Of a stretch of DNA of 64,000 bases, positions 48,889 to 59,750 are shown piece after piece. Below the pieces are notes generated by a model, which saw only the letters and a program-made list of their open reading frames with translations, searched no databases and had not been told where the DNA came from. Each line of letters opens with the position of its first letter. Within the stretch, counting starts at the first letter, position 1. The stretch is from Acidobacteriota bacterium (GTDB taxonomy: Bacteria; Acidobacteriota; UBA890; WLXD01), in NCBI GenBank assembly GCA_965248695.1, contig CBDFKD010000002.1:4768001-4832000 (forward strand). Direction: 5' to 3'. The position numbers and the translations under genes are program-made.

Positions 48889-49511
48889 TTCTCGTGGTCG
48901 ACAACTACGACTCGTTTACCTACAACCTCGTGCAGGCGCTGGGGGCTTTGGGCGCGGATCTTCAGGTGCGACGCAACGACGACGTCAGCGTCGACTCCGT
49001 ACGCGCGATGGAGCCCGAGGCGGTGGTGCTGTCGCCCGGCCCCGGGCGTCCGGAAACCGCCGGTTGCTGCGTTGATCTGGTGCGCGAGATGGGCGACCAG
49101 ACGCCGCTGCTGGGCGTGTGTCTCGGACATCAGGCTCTGGGGATGGCGTTCGGTGCCGAGATCGAGCTGGCGCCGGAGGTCGTGCACGGCAAGACGACGC
49201 TGGTGGAACATGACGGCTCGCAGCTTTTCGAGGCACTGTCTTCGCCGCTGGAGGCAGCCAGATACCACTCGCTCGTGGTCTCGTCTCGCCGGCTTCCACC
49301 CGAGCTCGAGGTGACCGCGCGGGCTCCGAACGGGTTGATCATGGCCATGCGCCATCGCCGCCGGCCGCTGTTCGGCGTGCAGTTTCATCCCGAGTCGATC
49401 GCTACACCCGAGGGGCCGATGTTGCTGCAAAACTTCCTCACGTTGGCCTCAGGCGATCGGAACGATGTGGCCTCCGGCGATCGGAAAGAAACCGTGGAGT
49501 CGCCATCATGA
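48885..49511 (+). CDS. trpG: Anthranilate synthase component II
   Basis: DNYDSFTYNL, SPGPG, GVCLGHQ, RYHSL, QFHPES; GTGA coupling. Confidence 0.95.
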   Translation: MILVVDNYDSFTYNLVQALGALGADLQVRRNDDVSVDSVRAMEPEAVVLSPGPGRPETAGCCVDLVREMGDQTPLLGVCLGHQALGMAFGAEIELAPEVVHGKTTLVEHDGSQLFEALSSPLEAARYHSLVVSSRRLPPELEVTARAPNGLIMAMRHRRRPLFGVQFHPESIATPEGPMLLQNFLTLASGDRNDVASGDRKETVESPS

Positions 49512-50530
49512 TCAAGGGTTTCCTGGCCCGGGTCGTCAACGGCGAGAAACTGTCCCGCAGCGAGGCTCGCGAGGCGATGCAGATCGTCATGCGCGGCGAC
49601 GCCACTGCGGCGCAGATTGCCGGGTTCCTGGTTGCGCTCAGGGTGAGAGGTGAGACGGTAGATGAGATTGCCGGTTTCGCCGCTGCCATGCGTGCCGCCG
49701 CGAATCCGCTGGATCTGCAGGTGAGCGGACTAGTCGACACCTGTGGCACCGGCGGAGACGGCGCCAACACGTTCAACATCTCCACCGCCGCGGCACTGGT
49801 GGCGGCCGGCGCCGGGGTGCCGATCGCCAAACACGGCAATCGCGCCGTGTCGAGCGCCTGCGGTAGCGCCGATGTGCTCGAAGCTCTCGGGGTGACGCTC
49901 GTTGCCGACGAGGTCAGCCTGCGGCGCAGCCTCACCGAAGCAGGCCTGGCCTTCCTGTTTGCGCCCTCACAGCACCCGGCGATGAAGCATGCGGTCGGGC
50001 CGCGGCGCGAGCTCGGCATGCGAACGGTGTTCAATCTTCTCGGCCCGCTGACCAACCCTGCCGGGGCGCGGCGTCAGGTTGTCGGTGTCTACGACAGGAC
50101 GCTGGTGCAGCCGATGGCGGAGGTTCTCGGGGCTCTCGGGGCGGCCCACGCGATTGTGGTCCACGGCGCCGGCGGCATCGACGAGCTCTCGTTGCTCGGC
50201 CCAACCGAGGTGGCGGAGTGGGACGGCGAGCACGTTCGGACCTACTCGGTAACGCCTGAGGAGGTCGGATTGCGTGCCGCAGCGGCTGCGGATCTCGCCG
50301 GTGGCTCGGTGGCCGACAACGCCGAGATCGTCCGGGCCGTCCTGGAGGGGGAGCCCGGGCCGCGACGTGACATCGTGCTGCTCAACGCCGGCGCCGCCCT
50401 GCGCGTCGGAGGCGTCGCCCGGACCCTGGCCGAAGGGGTGGAAGCGGCCGCCGCGGCCATCGATACCGGGGCGGCAACAAACACGCTGGCCTTGCTGGTG
50501 GCCGCCACCAATCCCGAGGCGGCATCATGA
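49508..50530 (+). CDS. trpD: Anthranilate phosphoribosyltransferase
   Basis: DTCGTGGDG, NIST, KHGNR, FNLLGPLTNP. Confidence 0.96.
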   Translation: MIKGFLARVVNGEKLSRSEAREAMQIVMRGDATAAQIAGFLVALRVRGETVDEIAGFAAAMRAAANPLDLQVSGLVDTCGTGGDGANTFNISTAAALVAAGAGVPIAKHGNRAVSSACGSADVLEALGVTLVADEVSLRRSLTEAGLAFLFAPSQHPAMKHAVGPRRELGMRTVFNLLGPLTNPAGARRQVVGVYDRTLVQPMAEVLGALGAAHAIVVHGAGGIDELSLLGPTEVAEWDGEHVRTYSVTPEEVGLRAAAAADLAGGSVADNAEIVRAVLEGEPGPRRDIVLLNAGAALRVGGVARTLAEGVEAAAAAIDTGAATNTLALLVAATNPEAAS

Positions 50531-51321
50531 TCACGTTGGAGCGCCTCGTCGAGACTGCGCGAGATAAGGCGATCGCCGACCGGGCCACGACTCCACAGGC
50601 AGAGCTCCGCGCGAGGCTGCGCGATTGCGAGGCGCTGAGCCGGCCGGCGGGACGACTGCTGCGAGCGCTGAGCGGGCCCGGTGTGTCGGTGATCGCCGAG
50701 GTCAAGGGCGCTAGCCCGCTGTCGGGGCCCCTGCGCTCTTCCTTCGACCCGGTGGAGCTGGCGCAGAAGTATGTCGGCGCCGGTGCCGAAGCGATCTCGG
50801 TGCTCACCGAGGAGACGTTCTTCGCCGGCAGCTTGGAGCATCTGACCAACGTTGCGAGAGCGGTCGAGCTGCCGGTGCTGCGCAAGGATTTTATCGTCGA
50901 TGCCTATCAAATCGAGCAGGCGGCGGTCGCCGGGGCCTCGGCGGTGCTGTTGATTGCCGAGGCGTTGGAGCCGTTGCAGTTGCGTGACCTCGTCGCACAG
51001 GCGCATGAGCTGCGACTCGATGCGCTCGTCGAGCTGCACGGTCTGGATTTGCTCGACGCTGCGGTTGCCGCGGGGAGCGGCATCATCGGAATCAACAACC
51101 GTGACCTGCGCTCGATGCGTGTCGACTGGCGCCATTCGCTCCGTGTCGCCAAGCTCCTTCCTGCCGACACCGTGCGCGTCAGTGAGAGCGGTATCCAATC
51201 GGCCATCGAGGTCGAACAACTCGGAGCAGCGGGCTTCGATGCCGTTCTGGTGGGCACCAGCCTGGTGCGTGCCACGGATCCGGCTATAGCTCTCGAGCGT
51301 CTGCGGACGGGCGGACCCTGA
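50527..51321 (+). CDS. trpC: Indole-3-glycerol phosphate synthase
   Basis: IAEVKGASP, SVLTE, LRKDFI, GINNRDL, SESGI. Confidence 0.95.
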   Translation: MITLERLVETARDKAIADRATTPQAELRARLRDCEALSRPAGRLLRALSGPGVSVIAEVKGASPLSGPLRSSFDPVELAQKYVGAGAEAISVLTEETFFAGSLEHLTNVARAVELPVLRKDFIVDAYQIEQAAVAGASAVLLIAEALEPLQLRDLVAQAHELRLDALVELHGLDLLDAAVAAGSGIIGINNRDLRSMRVDWRHSLRVAKLLPADTVRVSESGIQSAIEVEQLGAAGFDAVLVGTSLVRATDPAIALERLRTGGP

Positions 51322-51950
51322 TGGCCCTGCGCTGGAAGGTCTGCGGAATCACCGAGGAAGTGGGTGCTCTGGCTGCCGTGGAGGCCGGCGCCGACGCCAT
51401 CGGCTTCGTGTTCTACCCGCCGAGCCCACGATCCGTGTCGGTCGACCGTGCCGCCGCTATCGCGGGGCTGCTGCCGGAAGAGACGTGGCGGTTCGCTGTG
51501 TTCGTCGATCCGGACCCCGCCGAGGTGGCCGCGGTAGTGGATGGAGTCGGCGTCGATTTCGTGCAGCTGTCCGGTGACGAAGCACCGGAGCTGTCCCGTT
51601 CTTTGCCGCGGCATGCGTTCAAGGCGTTGCGGCTGAAGCCGCAGACCTCGGCGGCTCAGGCCCAGCGGCTGGCGGATCGATACTCGGACTACTCGCTGCT
51701 GATCGATGCCGCCGTCGAAGGGTCGTATGGGGGCACCGGCGCGCTGGCGAACTGGTCCGCGGCGGCGGCGCTGGCGCAGCGGTATCGGATCATGCTTGCG
51801 GGCGGGTTGACGCCGCAAACCGTGGCGGCGGCGGTGCGAGAAGTCTCTCCCTGGGCGATCGACGTATCGTCGGGCGTGGAGTCATCTCCAGGAATCAAGG
51901 ATCCGCAACGGATTCGCGCCTTTGCGCGCGCGCTGGAGCCTTTTCGATGA
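51321..51950 (+). CDS. trpF: Phosphoribosylanthranilate isomerase
   Basis: KVCGIT, GFVFY..SPR, GGTG, LAGGL, DVSSGVE. Confidence 0.95.
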   Translation: MALRWKVCGITEEVGALAAVEAGADAIGFVFYPPSPRSVSVDRAAAIAGLLPEETWRFAVFVDPDPAEVAAVVDGVGVDFVQLSGDEAPELSRSLPRHAFKALRLKPQTSAAQAQRLADRYSDYSLLIDAAVEGSYGGTGALANWSAAAALAQRYRIMLAGGLTPQTVAAAVREVSPWAIDVSSGVESSPGIKDPQRIRAFARALEPFR

Positions 51951-53158
51951 GCGAGACGTCGGCCCCACGCGGGCGTTTCGGGGAGTTCGGTGGGCAGTTC
52001 ATCCCGGAGACGCTGATGCCGGCCGTAATCGAGCTGGAGCAGGCGTACGAACAAGCGCGCGAGGATCGGGCTTTCCAGGCCGAGCTAGACGCGCTCCGGG
52101 GCGATTACTGCGGGCGTCCAACACCCCTCTATCAGGCCAAGCGTCTGTCGGCGGAGGTGGGCGGCGCGACGATCTGGCTGAAGCGTGAGGATCTGCTGCA
52201 CACCGGCGCGCACAAGATCAACAACACCGTCGGCCAAGCTCTGCTTGCCCGACGCATGGGCAAGAAGCGCGTGATCGCGGAGACCGGCGCCGGTCAGCAC
52301 GGAGTGGCCACGGCAACCGTGGCGGCGATGTTCGGCATGGACTGCGTCGTGTACATGGGGCAGGAGGACATCGAGCGTCAGGCGCTGAACGTCGTGCGCA
52401 TGGAATTGCTCGGTGCCTACGTCGTTCCGGTGACGTCGGGCAGCCGTACGCTCAAGGATGCTACCAACGAGGCGATCCGCGACTGGGTAACCAACGTCGA
52501 GACAACCTTCTACATCATCGGGTCGGTAGTCGGGCCCCACCCGTACCCGACGATGGTGCGCGACTTCCAGCGCGTCATCGGTGTCGAGGCCGCCGAGCAA
52601 CTACGTGACAACGGCGTCGAGGCACCCGACGTGCTCATGGCTTGTGTTGGCGGGGGTAGCAATGCAATCGGTCTGTTCCACCACTTCATTGATTCCGATG
52701 CTCGTCTGATCGGCGTCGAGGCGGCCGGGCACGGCATCGATAGCGGCCAGCATTCGGCGACGTTGTCGGCCGGAACGCCCGGCGTGCTCCACGGCGCGCG
52801 GTCGTTGCTGTTGCAGGACGACGACGGTCAGATACAGCTGGCGCACTCCATCTCAGCGGGGCTCGACTACCCGGGGGTTGGTCCGGAGCACGCCTGGCTG
52901 CAATCCAGTGGACGCGCCGAGTACGTCGCGATCGAGGACGAGCAGGCGCTCGCCGCATTCGATCGCGTTTGCCAGGTGGAAGGGATCATCCCGGCGCTCG
53001 AGTCGGCCCACGCTATCGCCCACTTGCTGGTCATGGCCGAGCGCGGCGATCTGAACCCGGAACAGCACATCGTCGTGTGCTTGTCGGGCCGGGGCGACAA
53101 GGACGTCGCGACGATTGCCGAGCATCGTAGTGAGCGGCGCGCGAGAACAGACCAGTGA
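51947..53158 (+). CDS. trpB: Tryptophan synthase beta chain
   Basis: [46 protein letters not shown]. Confidence 0.98.
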   Translation: MSETSAPRGRFGEFGGQFIPETLMPAVIELEQAYEQAREDRAFQAELDALRGDYCGRPTPLYQAKRLSAEVGGATIWLKREDLLHTGAHKINNTVGQALLARRMGKKRVIAETGAGQHGVATATVAAMFGMDCVVYMGQEDIERQALNVVRMELLGAYVVPVTSGSRTLKDATNEAIRDWVTNVETTFYIIGSVVGPHPYPTMVRDFQRVIGVEAAEQLRDNGVEAPDVLMACVGGGSNAIGLFHHFIDSDARLIGVEAAGHGIDSGQHSATLSAGTPGVLHGARSLLLQDDDGQIQLAHSISAGLDYPGVGPEHAWLQSSGRAEYVAIEDEQALAAFDRVCQVEGIIPALESAHAIAHLLVMAERGDLNPEQHIVVCLSGRGDKDVATIAEHRSERRARTDQ

Positions 53159-53985
53159 GCCGTATCGAGCGTGTCTTCAACGATCGCGGGGCACGGCCGT
53201 TGATTATCCCGTTCGTCACCGCCGGCTACCCCCACCTCGATTCCACCGTGCCGCTCGTACAGGCCGCGGGCATTGCCGGAGCCGACGTGGTGGAGATCGG
53301 CATACCGTTCTCCGACCCACTCGCCGACGGTCCCACGATTCAGCGCTCCAGCGAGCGGGCGCTCGCCAACGGCATCTCCGTGGCGAAGGTGCTGTCGGCC
53401 GTTGCCGAGCTGCGCGCCGACCCGGCGACGGCGGACCTGCCGCTCGTGCTCATGGGCTACTACAACCCGATCCTGCGTTTCGGCCTGGACACGTTCCTGG
53501 CTGCGGCCGCCGATGTCGGGGTCGATGGGCTGATCGTCCCGGACCTGCCGCCCGAGGAGGCGACGGACTACCGCGATGGCTGCGTGCGGCACGGCCTTGC
53601 GGCGGTTTTTCTGATGGCGCCCAACGCCACCGACGAGCGTATAGCGATCGTCGATGAGGCCTCGACGCACTTCTCGTACTGCGTGACGGTGACCGGTGTT
53701 ACCGGTGCCCGAGGCGACGTCCACGGCCGCACGCTCGAGTTTCTCGAGCGGGTGCGGCGCCAGACGCGAAAACCGTTCGTGGTGGGCTTCGGCGTCAAAC
53801 GACCGGAACACGTCGAGCGCCTCGGTTCGCTTGCCGACGGCGTCGTCGTCGGCAGCGCGCTGATCGACGCGATCGATGCCTCCGACGAGCCGACCAGCGC
53901 TGTCGGGTCGATGATCAGGGATCTTCGAGCGGCCGCCGACCGGCTGGCACAGACGGCCAGCAGAACACCGGAGAACGGCACGTGA
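53155..53985 (+). CDS. trpA: Tryptophan synthase alpha chain
   Basis: [40 protein letters not shown]. Confidence 0.97.
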   Translation: MSRIERVFNDRGARPLIIPFVTAGYPHLDSTVPLVQAAGIAGADVVEIGIPFSDPLADGPTIQRSSERALANGISVAKVLSAVAELRADPATADLPLVLMGYYNPILRFGLDTFLAAAADVGVDGLIVPDLPPEEATDYRDGCVRHGLAAVFLMAPNATDERIAIVDEASTHFSYCVTVTGVTGARGDVHGRTLEFLERVRRQTRKPFVVGFGVKRPEHVERLGSLADGVVVGSALIDAIDASDEPTSAVGSMIRDLRAAADRLAQTASRTPENGT

Positions 53986-54266
53986 CCGACCGGGAGATCG
54001 TCCGCAAGGCCCTGCTCGAGTCTCGCCGATGCATCGACGAGATCGACCTCGAGCTGGTGGCGCTGCTGAATCGCCGCGCGGAACAGGTATGCCGCATCGG
54101 TGAAGCCAAGACGGCGCTCGACGAACCCGTCTATCAGCCACATCGAGAGAAGGAGATCTATTCACGCGCGGTAGCGGCGAACCAAGGGCCGCTCGAGGAC
54201 GGCGCAGTCCACCGTCTGTTCGAGCGCATCCTCGACGAAGCCCGCCGCCTTCAACGAGTCGAGTAG
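53982..54266 (+). CDS. Monofunctional chorismate mutase (AroQ type)
   Basis: R..IDEIDLELVALLNRRA, IG.AK, P.REKEI, FERILDEAR. Confidence 0.9.
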   Translation: MTDREIVRKALLESRRCIDEIDLELVALLNRRAEQVCRIGEAKTALDEPVYQPHREKEIYSRAVAANQGPLEDGAVHRLFERILDEARRLQRVE

Positions 54267-54373
54267 GGTCGATAGGAAGACCACACCCGCGAGCTGATTC
54301 GCACCGAACATGGGACACTGAGATGCCGAGTATCGCGGCTGATCTAGCCAGCGCTATTGCTGCAGGAGCCGGA

Positions 54374-55393
54374 ATGGTCATCGTTATGGAGGCTGGGGCC
54401 GACGAGGTCCAGATCGAGCGGGTTATCGAACGGCTCACAGCGCTGGGCTTTGACGCACACCGTTCGTCTGGCGTCGAGAGGACGGTCATCGGCGCGGTCG
54501 GCGGTAAGGCGATCGAGGTCGACCCGCGCGAGCTCGAAGTGCTGACGGGCGTCAAGGAGGTTCTGAAGATCTCCAAGCCGTACAAGCTTGTCGGGCGCTC
54601 GTTCAAACCCGAGGGCACGAAGATCCGCATCGGCGACGTCGTGATCGGTGGCAATGCGATCGTCATGATGGCGGGCCCGTGCGGCGTGGAGAGCGAGGAG
54701 CAGATCCACTCCGTTGCTGAATGCGTGTCGCGCGCCGGCGCCCAGATACTGCGTGGCGGCGCCTTCAAACCACGATCGTCACCGTATTCGTTTCAGGGTC
54801 TGGGTGGGGACGGGCTGCGCTTTCTGCGGGCCGCGGCCGACGCCCATGGCCTCAAGACGATCTCCGAGGTGATGGACGCGCCGCAGATCGAGCTCATGTC
54901 CGAATACGTCGACATCTTTCAGGTCGGGGCACGCAACATGCAGAACTTCGCTCTGCTGAAAGCGCTCGGTCGGCAGCGGACTCCGGTGCTTCTGAAGCGC
55001 GGGCTCTCGGCGACGATCGAGGAGTGGCTCATGTCAGCGGAGTACCTCATGGCAGGCGGCAACCAGAACGTCATTCTGTGCGAGCGGGGTATCCGTACGT
55101 TCGAGGAGTACAGTCGCAATACCTTCGACGTGTCGGCGTTCCCGATCGTGAAGAAGCTGTCCCATCTGCCGAGTATCGGTGATCCGAGCCATGCCATTGG
55201 CATCCGCGACAAGGTTCCTCCGCTGGCCTGCGCCGCGGTGGCCGCCGGCGCCGATGGACTGTTGATCGAGGTCCACCATGACCCCGATGCGGCGCTTTCC
55301 GACGGCCCGCAGTCGCTGTTTCCGGAACAATTCGAGCGGCTCATGGAACAGCTGCGTCAGATCGCGCCGGCGGTCGAACGCTCGATCGCGTAG
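54374..55393 (+). CDS. aroF: DAHP synthase (class I-beta) with N-terminal regulatory domain
   Basis: AGPCGVES, GGAFKPRSSPYSFQG, GARNMQNF, LCERGIRTF, DPSH; RBS AGGAG. Confidence 0.93.
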   Translation: MVIVMEAGADEVQIERVIERLTALGFDAHRSSGVERTVIGAVGGKAIEVDPRELEVLTGVKEVLKISKPYKLVGRSFKPEGTKIRIGDVVIGGNAIVMMAGPCGVESEEQIHSVAECVSRAGAQILRGGAFKPRSSPYSFQGLGGDGLRFLRAAADAHGLKTISEVMDAPQIELMSEYVDIFQVGARNMQNFALLKALGRQRTPVLLKRGLSATIEEWLMSAEYLMAGGNQNVILCERGIRTFEEYSRNTFDVSAFPIVKKLSHLPSIGDPSHAIGIRDKVPPLACAAVAAGADGLLIEVHHDPDAALSDGPQSLFPEQFERLMEQLRQIAPAVERSIA

Positions 55394-55420
55394 GTCCGGC
55401 CAGCCTGCAACGGGAGCCGC

Positions 55421-55448
55421 TTGACCCGCAAACCGGCCATGGTAGCCT
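55421..55448 (+). promoter_or_regulatory. Candidate sigma70 promoter for bioY-sucCD
   Basis: TTGACC-N16-TAGCCT with extended TG; same pattern as at 47014. Confidence 0.45.
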
Positions 55449-55511
55449 CGCTCCTTGCCCGCCGTAGCTACTTCAAATGGCGCCCTTGGCGCCCGTCGGA
55501 TTGCTGGAGGT

Positions 55512-56093
55512 ATGGCCGTGAACTCAGCTGAAGCCAGTGTGCTCGGAGCTCGTGACGATACGCTGCCCGTGGCTCGCGTGGTGGTGCTTTCGGTTGCCTT
55601 CGCGGCGACGCTGGCGTTGGCGGCGCAGGTCCGAATACCGCTGCCGTTCACGCCGGTTCCGATCACGCTGCAAACGCTCGTGCTGTACGCCGGCGCAGCC
55701 TGGCTGGGCAGGCGCGCGACGCTGTCGGGCCTGGCGCTCTATGTAGGTCTGGCGGTACTCGGGCTGCCGTTGCTTTCCGGCTGGCGCGGTGGCGCAGGGG
55801 CGTTCGTCGGCGCCACCGGTGGCTACATTCTCGGATGGTTCGTGGCCGCGATCGTGCTGAGTAAGCTTCTCGACGGGCGGGCACATTCGTGGCGGCGTAC
55901 CGCCGGCTCGATGGTGATCGCCTCGGTCGTGGTCCTGGCGTGCGGGACCCTTCACCTTGCCTTGCTGCTCGATCTGACTCCGGCCCAGGCGTTCCTCCTG
56001 GGCGCGGCGCCGTTCATTCCCGGTGACGCGTTGAAGATCCTGCTCGCTTCGGCTGCCGTCAGGGGTTGGCCCAACCCGTTCTCGACACGTTGA
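55512..56093 (+). CDS. bioY: Biotin transporter BioY
   Basis: PFTPVPITLQTL, GLP, TGGYILG, PFIPGDALK; RBS GGAGG. Confidence 0.92.
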   Translation: MAVNSAEASVLGARDDTLPVARVVVLSVAFAATLALAAQVRIPLPFTPVPITLQTLVLYAGAAWLGRRATLSGLALYVGLAVLGLPLLSGWRGGAGAFVGATGGYILGWFVAAIVLSKLLDGRAHSWRRTAGSMVIASVVVLACGTLHLALLLDLTPAQAFLLGAAPFIPGDALKILLASAAVRGWPNPFSTR

Positions 56094-57274
56094 AGCTGCA
56101 CGAGTACCAGTCGAAGGAGCTGCTGCGCGAGCGCGGATTGAACGTCGGAGCGAGCGCCGTGACCGGCAGCGCAGACGAGGCACGTGCGGTGGCCGAGAAT
56201 CTGGCCGCCGGCGGGGCGACACGCTTCGCCGTCAAGGCGCAGGTGCACGCGGGCGGGCGCGGCAAGGGCGGCGGGATCAAGCTCGCCGATACCCCGCAGC
56301 AAGCGGGCGAGCTCGCCGCCGCCATGCTGGGGACAGCGCTGGTTACGCCGCAGACCGGCCCGCAGGGCGTCGTCGTACGCAAGGTGCTGATCGAGGCGGG
56401 CGCCGATATCGCCGATGAGCTCTATCTCGGGTTGACCATCGACCGGTCGGCTCGCTGTCCGGTCGTCATTGCCTCCGCCGAAGGTGGCGTGGAGATCGAA
56501 GAGGTTGCCGAGCGCAATCCCGAGGCGATCCTCAAGGAGCTTTGCGCACCTGGCTGGGGGCTGCGGCCGTTCCAGGCGGCCCGTCTCGCCTATCGACTCG
56601 GGCTTCAGGGCAGCGTGGCTCGCGGTGTCGCCGCCACGATCCTGAAGCTGGCGCGGGCGTATGACGAGCTCGACGCTTCACTCGCCGAGATTAACCCGCT
56701 CGTTATCAGCTCCGACGGTGAGGTCATCGTCCTTGATGCCAAGATCGTGATCGACGACAACGCCCTCTTTCGGCGTCCGGAGCTGGCCGATCTGCGGGAT
56801 CGCAGCGAGGAGGAGCCGCTCGAGCTCGAGGCCTCCGAGCACGCGCTCAGCTACGTAGCGCTCGATGGGACGGTGGGTTGCATGGTGAACGGCGCGGGCC
56901 TGGCCATGGGCACTATGGACGAGATCAGCAACGCCGGCGGTTTCCCGGCCAACTTCCTCGACGTGGGTGGCGGCGCATCGGTCGAGCGCGTTGCGAGCGC
57001 GTTTCGGATCCTGATGCGGGGCGAGCGTGTAAGGGCCGTTTTGATCAACATATTTGGCGGAATCGTGCGCTGCGATCGAGTGGCGAAGGGCGTGATCGAG
57101 GCGTTGGAGACCGTCGAAGTGGGCGTGCCGGTCGTGGTTCGCCTGCAGGGCACTAACGCCGAGGAGGGTCGCGAGATCCTGCGTCGCTCGGACCTCGAGT
57201 TCGTCGTCGCCGAGACGTTGCACGACGCGGCACGCCAGGCCGTGGCGGCGGCGGCCGCTGGCGGGGAATCGTAA
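56090..57274 (+). CDS. sucC: Succinyl-CoA synthetase beta subunit
   Basis: TTG start ([11 protein letters not shown]), [32 protein letters not shown]. Confidence 0.97.
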   Translation: MKLHEYQSKELLRERGLNVGASAVTGSADEARAVAENLAAGGATRFAVKAQVHAGGRGKGGGIKLADTPQQAGELAAAMLGTALVTPQTGPQGVVVRKVLIEAGADIADELYLGLTIDRSARCPVVIASAEGGVEIEEVAERNPEAILKELCAPGWGLRPFQAARLAYRLGLQGSVARGVAATILKLARAYDELDASLAEINPLVISSDGEVIVLDAKIVIDDNALFRRPELADLRDRSEEEPLELEASEHALSYVALDGTVGCMVNGAGLAMGTMDEISNAGGFPANFLDVGGGASVERVASAFRILMRGERVRAVLINIFGGIVRCDRVAKGVIEALETVEVGVPVVVRLQGTNAEEGREILRRSDLEFVVAETLHDAARQAVAAAAAGGES

Positions 57275-58149
57275 TGAGCATCCTGGTAGGTGCGGATACG
57301 CGAGTTCTCGTTCAGGGAATCACTGGCGCCGAGGGCTCGTTCCACAGTCGGCAATGTATCGAGTACGGAACCCAGATCGTTGCGGGTGTCACCCCCGGCA
57401 AGGGCGGGACGCGCTTCGACGAGGCGGTACCGGTGTATGACACCGTGCTCGAAGCCGTGCACCAGACCCAGGCTGAGGTCTCGCTGGTGTTCGTGCCCCC
57501 ACCGTTCGCCCCCGACGCCGTCATGGAGGCGGCCGATGCCGGGATGCGGCTGGTGATTTGCATCACCGAGGGCATTCCGACGCTCGACATGGTCGACGTG
57601 GTCGGCTACTGCAACGATCGGGGCACACGTCTGGTCGGCCCCAACTGCCCCGGCGTGATCTCGCCGGGGAAGTGCAAGGTCGGCATCATGCCGGGGTTCG
57701 TGCACCACCAAGGACGCGTCGGCGTGATCTCGCGCTCCGGTACGCTTACCTACGAGGCGGTTGATCAGCTGACGCGCGCCGGGCTCGGTCAGTCGACGTG
57801 CATCGGTATTGGCGGCGATCCGGTGATCGGCACCACCTTCCGAGACTGCCTGGAGCTCTTCGCCGAGGACGAGCAAACCGAGGCAGTGGTTGTCATCGGT
57901 GAGATCGGCGGCAGTGGCGAGGAAGAGGCGGCGGAGTACCTCGCCGCTGACTATCCATTGCCGGTAGTTGCATTCATTGCCGGGCAAACGGCTCCGCCCG
58001 GCAAGCGCATGGGGCATGCTGGCGCGATTATCGCCGGCGGTAAGGGCACAGCGGCGGAGAAAATGCAGGCGCTACGGGAAGCCGGCGCCGAGGTTGTCGC
58101 CAGCCCGTCCGAGCTTGGTGCCAGAACCGTCGAAGTGCTGGCGCGCTAG
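57274..58149 (+). CDS. sucD: Succinyl-CoA synthetase alpha subunit
   Basis: [28 protein letters not shown] (phospho-His). Confidence 0.98.
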   Translation: MSILVGADTRVLVQGITGAEGSFHSRQCIEYGTQIVAGVTPGKGGTRFDEAVPVYDTVLEAVHQTQAEVSLVFVPPPFAPDAVMEAADAGMRLVICITEGIPTLDMVDVVGYCNDRGTRLVGPNCPGVISPGKCKVGIMPGFVHHQGRVGVISRSGTLTYEAVDQLTRAGLGQSTCIGIGGDPVIGTTFRDCLELFAEDEQTEAVVVIGEIGGSGEEEAAEYLAADYPLPVVAFIAGQTAPPGKRMGHAGAIIAGGKGTAAEKMQALREAGAEVVASPSELGARTVEVLAR

Positions 58150-58856
58150 GGACGGTGGCGATACGTCTCCACCCGCGGTGGCCGGCCACGGCCCCGGTTC
58201 GCCAGGACGCCGACCAGTAGCAGTCCTGCCGCGAACCCGCCGATGTGCGCGTACCAGGCCACTCCGGCGTTGCCGCCGCTGCTGGCCGACCAGAGCTGGA
58301 TCAGGAACCAGATCCCCAGCAGCAGCACCGAAGGGAGATACATCACGCGTATGAAGATCACCAGGATCACCAGCGTCAGAACACGCGCCGTCGGAAAAAG
58401 GATCATGTACGCACCCAGGACCCCGGCGATGGCGCCACTGGCGCCGACCATCGGCACGGGGCTCGCCGGCATCAGGACAACCTGCGCACCGGCGGCGGTG
58501 AGTCCGCACAGCAGGTAGAAGACCACGAAGCGTGCCGACCCCATCGCGTCCTCGACGTTGTCGGCGAACACCCACAGGTAGAGCATGTTGCCACCGAGGT
58601 GAAACAGGTCGCCGTGGACGAACATGGAGGTCAGCAGGGTGAGTGGCGCGGGTACCGGCATCTGCATCCATTGCGCCGGAGTGGTCAGTGCGGCCGGTAT
58701 CAACCCGAGGCGCGTCACCAGCGACACATAGGCCTCTTCCCCGCCCGCCATGCGCACCTGCAGCTGATACGCGAAGACCGCCAGGTTGGCCCCGAACAAC
58801 ACGTAGGTGACCCATGGCGTCCCACTCCGCGGGTTGTCGTCGCGCAGTGGAATCAT
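58146..58856 (-). CDS. Rhomboid family intramembrane serine protease
   Basis: [24 protein letters not shown]. Confidence 0.93.
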   Translation of the reverse strand: MIPLRDDNPRSGTPWVTYVLFGANLAVFAYQLQVRMAGGEEAYVSLVTRLGLIPAALTTPAQWMQMPVPAPLTLLTSMFVHGDLFHLGGNMLYLWVFADNVEDAMGSARFVVFYLLCGLTAAGAQVVLMPASPVPMVGASGAIAGVLGAYMILFPTARVLTLVILVIFIRVMYLPSVLLLGIWFLIQLWSASSGGNAGVAWYAHIGGFAAGLLLVGVLANRGRGRPPRVETYRHRP

Positions 58857-59584
58857 GCCGGCTCAGCCGTCGTCAGATCGGCGATCGCCTGACCGACAGC
58901 GGCGGCGACTGCGTGTGCCGAGCTATCTGCCGCAACCTCCACCGGCGAGCCGATGCGCACCTGGATGCTGCCGGGGTCGGCAACCCGCGCCGCAGCCGGC
59001 ATCAAGTTGACGCTGTTGATCACCGCTAGCGGCACCACCGTGCCCGGAGCGGCGCTCGCCAGCGTCACCCAGCTGTCACCGACGCGTTGCAAATCGTCTA
59101 TTCCGCCGACCTCGGAGACGAACACGACGGTGGAGGGCGAGCCGGAGAGGTCAAGGCGGCGACCCGTCGGCACGTCGCCGCGCCCGCCCTTCGATGCGTA
59201 ACCTTCCAGACCTCGATACCAGCCGCCGAACGGGCTACGGAACTGCGATGTCGGCCCGAGGATACGGTGGCACACCGGCAACGCCACCAGCAGGGCAGGA
59301 GTGTCGAGCGCCGACTGTTGATTGGCAACAAAGAGGTAGCTCCTGGAGCGATCGAGGTCCTCGCCGCCAGAGGTCTCCAGGGAGATGCCGTGAATCCGTA
59401 ACAGCGCGCGCGCCCACAGGCGGGCGCAGGAGTGCGCCACCGCACCGTACCCGGCAATGAGCCTAATGACGGTTCCCGGGATGCCGAGAGTCGCCGTTGT
59501 GAGCGCCGTCGCTGCCCAGCTGCCAACGTAGCGGAGGCGCTCTGCGCCGTGGTAGTAGCGCAGCTGGGCAGTGGGTGCGACCAT
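58853..59584 (-). CDS. Degenerate PlsC-like acyltransferase
   Basis: FVANQQSALD in place of NHxSxxD; VVPLAV and PGSIQVRIGSPV C-terminal pattern; FPEG motif not recognisable. Confidence 0.6.
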   Translation of the reverse strand: MVAPTAQLRYYHGAERLRYVGSWAATALTTATLGIPGTVIRLIAGYGAVAHSCARLWARALLRIHGISLETSGGEDLDRSRSYLFVANQQSALDTPALLVALPVCHRILGPTSQFRSPFGGWYRGLEGYASKGGRGDVPTGRRLDLSGSPSTVVFVSEVGGIDDLQRVGDSWVTLASAAPGTVVPLAVINSVNLMPAAARVADPGSIQVRIGSPVEVAADSSAHAVAAAVGQAIADLTTAEPA

Positions 59585-59750
59585 GTCGTCGAGTTTAGCA
59601 GCCGCGCTCGTGCCGACTTCGGCAGGGTTCCGAGCAGCGGGGTAACATAGCCGCCCGCCGCGCCGGTTGTGGCGGCCCGCGCCATGATCTCACCCGCAAA
59701 TCCCATCTGCGATATGCATCGATCATCTGTCCCAGGCCACTAGCAGGTTC

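Noticed and set aside
52867-54768. Long antisense ORFs (for example 633 aa here, 463 aa at 24463, 437 aa at 3344)
   Set aside because: Shadow ORFs opposite clear genes, expected in high-GC DNA.
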